A DNA stretch of 64,000 nt from Trichoplax adhaerens. Its lineage: Eukaryota; Animalia; Placozoa. The notes beneath the pieces were generated by a model. That model ran no database searches and was not told where the DNA came from. It saw only the letters and a list, made by a program, of their open reading frames with translations. The DNA is taken from positions 1,496,265 to 1,560,264 of the forward strand of contig NW_002060958.1 of NCBI RefSeq assembly GCF_000150275.1, in the 5' to 3' direction. This document shows positions 54,170-64,000 of this stretch, in pieces. How positions within the stretch are numbered: the stretch's first letter is position 1; every line of letters starts with the position of its first letter. Position numbers and translations under genes: made by a program.

Positions 54170-57100
54170 AACGAAAACGAATTGTCTTTGTATTATTAAC
54201 CCTTGCAAGTTTTTGATTGAAAATATTGAAAGAGTGCTATTGCATTGACGAGGTTTTACCCTGCTACATCAATTAGCTCGATGAGTTGGTATCTGATCTA
54301 CAAATTAAGAATTTTACTGTTTATATCAGAATTCAAGAGTAATGGCAAGGTAATGATGAAGTAATGAGTTGGAAGTTTTCTGGCAAAAATGAGAGTAAAA
54401 CACTATGAACCTATTTAAAGCTGGCGAGACATAATACTTTTTATTTGTTTGCAAATTTATTAATTACGTCGTAAGTGTACATAACAAGATGCGCCATCCA
54501 ACTCTATGGCTGGTTATTGTAAGCGTATATGATTGCTATTGCTGCAATAGATATGAGGAAAAGTGTGTATTAGGTCGATCTAGTGTGTATGTCTATGAAA
54601 TATTAAACTTATAGACAATTGCAAAGGGCGTAATTAGTGAAAGTTAAATGTTGAAAGAACGATTACTTGGCAATCTTATTTATACTGACGCGACGAAGAT
54701 GAAACTCTTGACTTGATGACGTGGTTGTACAACTGGGAGCAGTTGCATTTATTCAAACCAGTTGAACTAATGAATGTCAACACCAATATCTACCAATTCA
54801 TTATTATATTGTAGCTATGTCGTAACGTCAAAGTTACCAAGGTGGTTGATACCTTATAGTATATAGGGAATTCTCTCTTTACTTTCACAGACTTCTTTTC
54901 CTTAAACAGTCCCCGATTACACAGCTTAATTGACTAGGGCATCAGCTTTGCAAGAATAGTACTGTAGATATGGTGTATGATTTTACTCACACACAAGTTA
55001 CTGTATCTACTACAAAAGTAACTTATTACTTTAATCAGATATACTGTACGTGTGTGTAAAACTCAAGTACTACTGTGATGCACTATCTAATTTTATTTTC
55101 AAGTATTGCAGTAAAACGGAAGATTGATCCATGTAGGTACCTGCTACAATCAATGCACAACATACTTTGTGTTGACTTGCCTCTAAAACGAAGCCAATGA
55201 TGTGTCTTCTGAAGTATCCAATATAAAACTGTCGATGGTACAATATCAGAAAAGGAATATTGGTTAATGAGTGGTTCTACTGTCGGAGGAAACGATTCCT
55301 CTATTCTAATTTTTATACTCGTACGTTAAAAAAAACATGTGAGATAAGTTACAGCATTCCATAGTACAATTTACGTCTTGACTGCATCGTTACAACTTGA
55401 ACGAAATATCATTTTGTATTGGACACGTTGGTTTCTGTTCCAATATCATGTAATTTATATAATCAATCTAGCAAGAAAAGCAATTATATGCAATTGCTGA
55501 CAACTAAGTACAACAAACTATGATTATGGAATGTAGCAGTTCTATCATTTTATTTTAATTCAAAACGGTAAATTGCATAAATGCAGTACACTAGTGGTGC
55601 TATTACAAATTCATATGCTGTATCCAGTATAAAATACATACGATTGAAATCAATTAGCCTAACAAAAACTTAGCATGATAACTTAATCGAAGATTGAAGT
55701 AAACTATGACAGAGTTTTAACCATTGAGGATTAAGGGTCAGTAGAGCTTCTCCTGTACAAGACATCACGTGATGGATCTGGATAAATGAGATCAGTGTTG
55801 TATCCTGTCTGTCCTCGTGCGCATATACAGGGTGTATACTAATATTGAGTGGAAAATAGAGCAGCAGAGTGGATGCTTCTTGTCATCATAGTCAAATTCA
55901 AGCAGTCAATATACAGCAGATTTTGTATTGATTTGTGTCTAAAACGAAGCAAATGATCTGTCTTTCGAGGTATCCAATGAATTTATGAGCGTAAACTAGG
56001 TCTGTTTCATCCTACAATTTGAAAAATAAAGATTGTACCGTAGAGTGCAAAGAGAAACAGGTGAGAAACTAAGTATCCAATAAATTTATGAACGTAAACT
56101 AGATCTGTTTAATCCTACAATTGATTAAAAGAAACAGATTGATTTATATGTAGAAAGAAACGGGTAAGAACATAAGCATCCAACGAATTGATGATTGTGC
56201 AAATACATCACTATCCAACACAATCATATCCATGGTACAATATCAGAAAAGGAATATTGGTTAATGAAAAAACAAAACATGTGAATTTACAGCATTCCAT
56301 AGCACAATTTCCATCTTGACTACATCATTACGATCTTGAACAAAATATCATTTTGTACTGGATATTAATATTGATAAGAATATTGTCGATGGTACAGTAT
56401 TCAGAGAAGGAACATTGGCTAGTGAGTGGTTCTATTGTAGGAGAAAACGACTCCTCTATTTTAATTTCTTATCTGCGTACGTTAAACAAATAAATAAAGT
56501 AAGACGAGTACGTTAAAACAAAACATGTGAAGTAAGTTTCTGCATTCCATAGCACAATTTCCATCTTGATTACTACATCATTACAATCTTGAACAAAATA
56601 GCATTTTGTATTGGATACGTTGGTTTCAGTTCAAGTATCATGTAATTTATAATTAATCTAGCAAGGAAACCAAGTGTATGCGATTGCTGACAATTAAATA
56701 CAACAAAGCATGTTTACGGAATGTAGCAATGCTATCCTTTATTGGATTTGAGAATGGTAAAGTGCAAAAATGCGGTTCACTTTACAAGTCGTCAGGTTAT
56801 CGATGTGGATAAATGAGATCAGCGCTCTATCATGCCTATACGCTGATATGAAATGTATGCGTAAGTTTGAGTCCAAAATAGGGCAATAGTTGACTTTGTT
56901 GATAGGTAATCATACCTGCGATCAACGCAAGACCATTTGTAAATGGATGACTGAGGGAGAAAATGGCAGAGGATACATCCGTTGCATCTCCAATCGAATG
57001 AACGGATTAAGACTAAGTAGCAACTACTCTCTCTGTAAACTTTGCAGTCAACATCGTTCAGATACTCGTATCGGAATATTGGATAACAATTATAACAGGC

Positions 57101-59170
57101 AGGCTATCAACAAAGTAACTAGGTCCATTTGTTACCTTCTACACTGTCTGCTGGTATCTATAGTAGGCAAAAACGAGTACTTTACGTCTTTCAATTTTAC
57201 TTGAAGTAAAACATTGAAGAAAACCCACCCAGCTACTAAAGCAGTGACCATGGTAACCACTGCCAATGCGCAATATTGCACACCATCGTCTCCAACGCAA
57301 TGCAATCTTGTCACTGTGTCACGCTTCTAAAAGTTCCTATGCAATGGAAGAGAACGTGCTGATAAGTGAAGGGCGTTATGCGAGGAGGCGGTGCGCATGG
57401 ATCATCTACGGATCGGAAGAAATATCTCAATTTCATTGGTTACTTCTTTCCTTTCACTTAATTTTATTGGTTACTTCTTTCCATTCACACAATGGAAAGA
57501 AGTAACCAATGAAATTGAGATATTCCTTCCGATCCGTAGAAACGGACCGCCTCTTCGCATTACTAAGTTGCTTTCGAGCAGTATGATATACTGTACGCTT
57601 GCATTGATAGAGTCGAATCAGCGGAAAAATGGATCGCCTCACCCTTATTTAGTACTGAAAGTGATTTACCGACTCGCTACGCGCCAGTAGTCGCTGGGCG
57701 CCAAAACAACCACTGCAAGCGTTATTAGCGTGGAGTGTAGCATAGCGTATTGTACACCACTTTGGATGACCTACTGTAGACTACTGATAGCATCTGTACA
57801 GAAGAACATTGGCAACATTCTTCTCAGTTGGCGGGCCTTGCTGGAGTTTTCTTCATCCCTTTTCTCAATCTCATCTTTCATCAACGATCCGCTACGATTG
57901 GAGGATTGTGTACGCTCCAAGCACCATTATCGTATTCTCTATTTCAACTAGGAACATCAGCACCGATATCCACTTGCCATCAACTCCAATTAACCTGGTA
58001 AGTGGAGATGATCGTCATAACGGATCATGTACCTACGAAAACCAATTGTTGTATTATTGACTCTTGCAAGGTTGGATTCAAAATAGTGAAAGAGTGCTGT
58101 TGCATTGACTAGGTTTTACCCTGCTCCATTAATTACCTCAATGAGTTATACATTGTAAAAATTTTACTGTTTATATCACGTTTGGAGAGTAAGAACAAGG
58201 TAATAATGAAGTAATCAGTGGTTCTATGCTAGAAGGAAACGACTCTTTTTTCCATTTTTGAAGGGTAAAAAAAACGGGTGAAATAAGTTGCTGCATTCCA
58301 TAGCATAATTTGCATCTTTCCTGCATCATTTCAATCTTCAACAAAATATCATATATCATAGCGGAGTATTGGATAACAGGCAGGCAGGCTATCTGGTACT
58401 TACAGTAGTTTAATTAAAAGATAGTTGAAGTAAAACGTTGAAGAAAGCTCGCCCTTCTATTACGGCAGTGACTAATTGATTATGGTAACCACTGCCAATA
58501 CGCAACATTGCACACTAGAGACCCATGGTCTGTAAGGGTTGTTAAGGGTCTCGATTGCACACCGTCGTCTCCAAACCAATGCAATCCTGTCACTGTGTCA
58601 CGCTTCCAATGCAATACAGTAGAAGAGAACGTTATATTAATTTATTATTATTCCATTTTCCCATTTTCAAATGGAATAATAATTACTCGAAGGACACGAT
58701 TGCAACAAGTAGGAGAAGTGGAGAAGGGCCTGGTCAATCAATTCTAGTACTGTAGTCATAAAACAAGATGTCCGTCCTTCTTCATGACTGTAATCGCATG
58801 AGGTAGACTGGCAGAGACGATCATCTGTAATACTAATGATGCGCAGGCTGATTCTTGAGTCATTTCAAGTGGATTGCATGTCTGACGCGGTACACTATAC
58901 TGTCTACCATGCCCATGCCAACCAGCTGCAGAAACGTGCTGTATAGTTAGTTTGGAGAACGTAGCCAACATTGCTCTCAGTTGATTGCGCTACCTTGACG
59001 GGCCTTGCTGCAGTTTTCTTCCCTTTCCTTTTCAGCCTTTCTCCTGCTTAGCCAATAGCCAGCAGAGGAATCCATCCCATCGTTGATCGACTATCCGCTA
59101 TTTCAACCAGTGACATCACCACCGATATCCACTGGCCATCAACTCCAATCAGTCTGATAAGCCCATCATT
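54170..59170. repeat. Mosaic of local dispersed duplications
   Basis: 54200-54380 ~ 58060-58220; 55230-55590 ~ 56385-56780, with a partial at 56232-56365; 57195-57355 ~ 58420-58630; 57800-58010 ~ 58950-59165. Confidence 0.75.
57356..57654. mobile_element. Foldback / MITE-like element with a long internal inverted repeat
   Basis: 47-bp arms at 57405-57451 and 57494-57540 are reverse complements with one mismatch. Further imperfect outer arms include ATGCGAGGAGGCGGT / ACCGCCTCTTCGCAT and GTGCTGATAAG / CTTATTTAGTAC. Confidence 0.65.
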
Positions 59171-59645
59171 GATCAGATCAATACACCATTCACAGATCGT
59201 TTAACTCAATGATACTCTTACAGGTAGTTAGCCACCATCAAATGAGTCAATGAGTGTACAGAATAGAGCATTTTCTTGACATACTCCATCAACAGATTGT
59301 CCAAATTAGATTTACTGTCTAATCCATATTTAGTCATGGCTATGCAGGTGATTGTCCCAATTTTCACTCGTACTGAATTGACGCGTGTTGTCTTCAAGCT
59401 GCGTGCAAAATATCCATACTGCGCTACAGGTTATTATTAACTGATAGTCCTTGACTCACTTGTGTTTATAATACAGTAATATGAAATTGCATGATGACAT
59501 CTAGTAACAAACCATGCCAGTAGTTAGTTTAAAAAATGATGATGCCTATTTCTTCCATTCATCCTACTAGTGAGAATTCCCCGTTCATATGGACGGAGAG
59601 AGAAAGAAATATAATAAAACTTTGACGATGTCATGTTTGTACGAT

Positions 59646-60072
59646 TGTTACGGTACGAACTACCGTCAAGAAATAGCTATCTAATTTTGATTAATATATA
59701 TAGTGATATTATATTACAACTAGTTATTTACTATAGGAATTACTCTAATTATAAATGTGTTACAGTAAATTTAATGCTGTGCTGTAATGTGCACTGAAAT
59801 GATTCTGTGAATGGACATATTGTAGTCCGACTGTGAAAAACTAGTTATCTCACCTAAGTATTTTTATAAGATGACTTGTGAATGTTAGCTGCTGTAGAAG
59901 GGTATATAAGCCCGTCAGATAGTTGAATAAAGCAGTTCTCAATTGTCTAGTTGAGTTTAACGTAGAATCAAAGGCGTCTAAATTGTTGTGAGTAGGGATA
60001 CTGAATCCCGGAGACTATAGTAATTTAGAGATTTGTTTTACGTTATCCTTGTCACGAAGCTGGTTTGTGACA
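59646..60072 (+). mobile_element. Solo LTR (427 bp)
   Basis: TGTTAC...GTGACA termini, flanks ACGAT / ACGGT (4 of 5 TSD match), TATATAA at 59903 and AATAAA at 59926. Confidence 0.75.
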
Positions 60073-60328
60073 ACGGTATACTTTAAAACTATTTTCGAAC
60101 AATGCCTAATTAGTTCGGTACCCACAATCAGTATTAAGTAACTATTGTGTAGCTGATTCGATTAACTATTTTTACATGGTCATGGAATATTTTTACTGTA
60201 GATGTAAATATCTGCGTGTGGCGATTATCTTTTTACGTCAATAATGATTATGTTATGAATATAATACTCATATATAGCTACAGTTAATAACGTCAGTGAG
60301 TTACATTACACGGTGTCTTTAATAACTA

Positions 60329-60425
60329 CTAGTACAAACTCACATCGCTTTGCTGACGGTTTACGATAATGTACTTATTTGTTCATAATTAACAGATAGT
60401 ATTACCATTCGACATTATATATATC
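60329..60425 (-). mobile_element. Helitron-like 3' end, same family as 44123
   Basis: ACTAGTACAAACTCACATCGCTTTGCTGACGGTTTACGATAATGT closely matches 44122-44166. Confidence 0.7.
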
Positions 60426-61468
60426 CCGGTAATAGCCAGGCATTACTATATTCACAGCAATGCTTGTAGAATACTACTTTTCAATAATGCATTCACGGAT
60501 GAAATGCTATATTAAGATTAGTTAATGGTCCAAAGCACATTATAATAACTAATTTACGGTGATGGACATACCAAGTAAAGATTAGCAGGTACTGTAAGAT
60601 ATCTACAGTGCGGTACCATGTCCTTAGTACTGTGGTCAATTCTATACCAATCATTATAATGACTCTAAGGATCGCTTGAGTATGCAAGCAAAGCTTGCTC
60701 TATCGATAGCAACCGTCATAAGAAAATGTAACAATCAAAATGGCTGCGTAGAAAACTCTATAAAGATTGTATGTTTATTCAATTTTCATCAGAATATTAC
60801 ATCAAATCAAAATTGAAAGGCCCAGTGGCCACCCTTACCGACATAACGAATACTATTTTAATAATGAGTACTCTGCAGAAATGACTACCTTAGAGCTATT
60901 CGTTTTACATGAAGAAATCTTGAGGTAAACAGTACTGTAAGAATCTTATACTGACCTATTGAAATGAACCCATAATCAGTCATCTAACAATAGTATAAAT
61001 ACCCCCGCGCTGCTCGTGGTGGGTGGGTGCATGGGATTATCCATTTATTTTGCATTTATTTTGATCACCGAATCCCAAAAATTCATTAGTTTAGACTAAA
61101 AATAGACTATACCTGACTATTCCAATACAGCAGCAATCGCTTTACGAGTATATCAATGACATGTTGAAATACTCGCACATTATTCCATGTTGCAACGTTG
61201 TAAATCCTTCTCGTATACCGACAATGAGTCTTTGTTTGACTACTAAACTATAAATTGAAGCCGTTAAAGTCAAGATGGAGTACAACAATCTGTTGTTACT
61301 TATACATTACAGTAGAAATGAAATCGAGTGATAGGATTGTATTGAAAGTGCTGTGATAGCTTATTACTGCTACAGTGTTGTCTACTGCACGTAATACAGT
61401 ATTAGTGAGAAATGAAAAACCGAAATAGCTAAAACTAAAAATAGCCATATTATTGACGCTCCACACAG

Positions 61469-61786
61469 GCTGATTGGAAATAATGGAAGGATGGAATTAT
61501 ATTGACAACGCTTTACACATTTATGAAAATCATCTCTGCCATGATTTACCTATAGAAGAGTTGTTAACTGATATCAAGAATGAGAATTTAATATCAGAGG
61601 AGGAGTACAAATTGATTAATTCAAAGTCATCTCGACAACAAAAAAACAGAACGCTGTGCAGTATGTTAAAGTCCAAGAAAGAAAAGAAAACAAACATGAC
61701 TTCCTTTTGCAATTTATTATGTTTGCAACCAGATCCTAAAATACAAAACTGCGGTTGGGTTTTATATTATGTGGCTAATGATACGG
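61469..61786 (+). CDS. CARD / death-fold domain exon, probably the N-terminus of a larger gene running into the gap
   Basis: NHLCHDLPIEELLTDIKNENLISEEEYKLINSKSSRQQKNRTLCSML..FCNLL fits the CARD pattern (L..L....li...y..I......kn.L...L....F..L). An acceptor CACAG lies before 61469 and candidate donors lie at 61787 and 61792. Confidence 0.7.
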
Positions 61787-61890
61787 GTACAGTAACGAAC
61801 AGAAAATCGTAAAATAATAATTATTATTCCTTTCGTTTATTAATATATTTACTTGTTTAATAAAATTATTTATATGATTTGATTGATAAA

Positions 61891-62960
61891 TATGGTTTTC
61901 TATTGGATTTACTATGGGATCGACAATGCGATTTACTATGGAATGGATATGTACATATATGCAATGATCGAATGGAATGATTATCGTATGGTTATTATAC
62001 GGATATACGTATACTAAAACCACCAATACACTGCAATGCTTATACACTAAATCGCCATTCAATCGTCATTCAATACAAATTACCATTACTACTCTACTCT
62101 TCTCTACTTGTGTCTTACTATACGTCAATACTATATAAACTCTATTATTCTATCATCGCATAATTCCATATCAATCATACACATCATACGAATATCGCAG
62201 GCTGTAAGTATCGTTGTATTGGTATATTAAATATACAATGACATTATTAAATAGACTATTGTACGTACTGTATATTTGTTATTGTGTATGATTAGAATAA
62301 TACTTGTACGATAATTATAATAAGTTGTAGTATAGCATGTTTAATGTAGGAGGATTAATATTATTTTTGTGTATTAATTATGATTATTTTATGTTATTGT
62401 ATTAATATACATATATGGTTTATTATTGGATTTACTATGGGATCGACAATGCGATTTACTATGGAATGGATATGTACATATATGCAATGATCGAATGGAA
62501 TGATTATCGTATGGTTATTATACGGATATACGTATACTAAAACCACCAATACACTGCAATGCTTATACACTAAATCGCCATTCAATCGTCATTCAATACA
62601 AATTACCATTACTACTCTACTCTTCTCTACTTGTGTCTTACTATACGTCAATACTATATAAACTCTATTATTCTATCATCGCATAATTCCATATCAATCA
62701 TACACATCATACGAATATTGCAGACCGTAAGTATCGTTGTATTGGTATATTAAATATACAATGACATTATTAAATAGACTATTGTACGTACTGTATATTT
62801 GTTATTGTGTATGATTAGAATAATACTTGTACGATAATTATAATAAGTTGTAGTATAGCATGTTTAATGTAGGAGGATTAATATTATTTTTGTGTATTAA
62901 TTATGATTATTTTATGTTATTGTATTAATATACATATATGGTTTACTATTGGATTTACTA
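61891..62960. repeat. 523 bp near-identical tandem repeat (2 full copies plus the start of a third, truncated by the gap)
   Basis: TATGGTTT..TATTGGATTTACTA starts at 61891, 62414 and 62937. Confidence 0.95.
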
Positions 62961-63010
62961 NNNNNNNNNNNNNNNNNNNNNNNNNNNNNNNNNNNNNNNN
63001 NNNNNNNNNN
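62961..63010. other. Assembly gap (50 N)
   Basis: Run of n characters. Confidence 1.
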
Positions 63011-64000
63011 TAAGCGGATTGTTATAAATTTAAAGTTTTAGCGTAGTTACTGTAGGAAATAGAGATATCTCAAGAGTAGATGACTTATACTAGGAGAGTA
63101 TTCTCTTTTTTCAAAGACAATTCCTCTGTCACCAATCCGTTCTAGTTGATCATTTGAAAGTTATTTTATCCAGCGACATGTTAAACATTTTCACTCATCA
63201 CCTCGGAAACGACAATCTATCATAAGTCAAAGTTAGTAGAAGGAGTTTTCTTATGGAATTTATTTAGTTTATTACCCAATTCAATTTCTTATGCCTAGGT
63301 ATGTAATTTCTCTCATCACAACAAAAATAATAAATACTTCAACTGTAGGTATTGGATAGAACTCTCATATAAGGGATTATTCAATATCATCCATCTCGAC
63401 TATCCCTTCATCAGTTTCTTTTGCCTAGCTATCGAGTTAAAGGGAGTCCATCTCCCCATTATAACAACCCAACTATTAATATCCTATCGTCCAGAGATTG
63501 AAAGTAGGCATTTTCCCATGATGTTCTCATTTCAAAGGAAAGTCAATGTTGATAACATGATTGGGCAACATAATTAATCTGTAGTAATCTATCACTTATT
63601 GGGTTTTATTTTTGCGTAGTGATTGCGTTAAGGTGAGAGAAGTGCCTGGACAGAAAGTGTGAACTAAATAAATAATTCCAGTCTAGTAAGGATTATCCTT
63701 GCAATGCTTTCTTCTAGGCCTATCTAGCCTTCTTAGTTTTCGTATTAGTGCATTAGTCAGCATGATCATGTGTCGATGCTGTAAGCGATTATTCCTCTAC
63801 GCTCGGAAAGATTTTAAATTTAAAACAGGACATCAGGGGTACATTTGTAGAAGTCCATGGTCATGGTATAACTAGGACTCCTTTAGGAGGCGATACCAGA
63901 TAGGAGGATGATCATTTGTCCAAATCGAATCTATATTTGACGGCTATTTCAGGTACAAACTCTATTGGAACGAATTACTTTCTTCAAGGGTTTTCTACAA
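63011..64000 (+). repeat. Near-identical direct copy of 4851-5837
   Basis: Colinear from TAAGCGGATTGTTATAAAT to GGGTTTTCTACAA, with a handful of substitutions and small indels clustered in the first ~280 bp. Confidence 0.97.

Noticed and set aside
58756-58971. AAGWHGHGRQY resembling a Mutator-like transposase motif
   Set aside because: The catalytic Asp is absent and no other supporting motifs are present.
60989-61035. Second-family Helitron 3' end (CCGCGCTGCTCGTGG hairpin)
   Set aside because: The terminal CTAG is degenerate and there is only one copy in the window; too weak to list.

Overview
Eukaryotic, AT-rich genomic DNA with compact genes and short GT-AG introns. The style fits an early-branching animal, probably a placozoan such as Trichoplax (inference, not verified). 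Recognisable host genes: an MSL2-like RING protein (-), BIVM (+), CMC4 (-), a WWE-WWE-RING-DTC Deltex E3 ligase (+), FBXL2/20 (-), a probably broken GPI-anchored MAM-domain gene (+) and a CARD-like exon (+). BIVM and CMC4 lie in a tandem duplication with reciprocal gene death. Mobile DNA includes an internally deleted Gypsy LTR element with a perfect CCCCG target-site duplication and no integrase after RNase H (Gmr1-like order), a solo LTR, Helitron 3' ends and a foldback/MITE. There are many minisatellites, a 50-N gap, and a near-identical copy of 4851-5837 after the gap. The most striking unexplained pattern is dense, orientation-mixed TACAGTA/TACTGTA pile-ups. They match Tc1/mariner excision footprints and are concentrated in three similarly built 'islands', each between the 5' ends of a head-to-head gene pair. 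All family calls come from motif recognition by eye; no searches were run.
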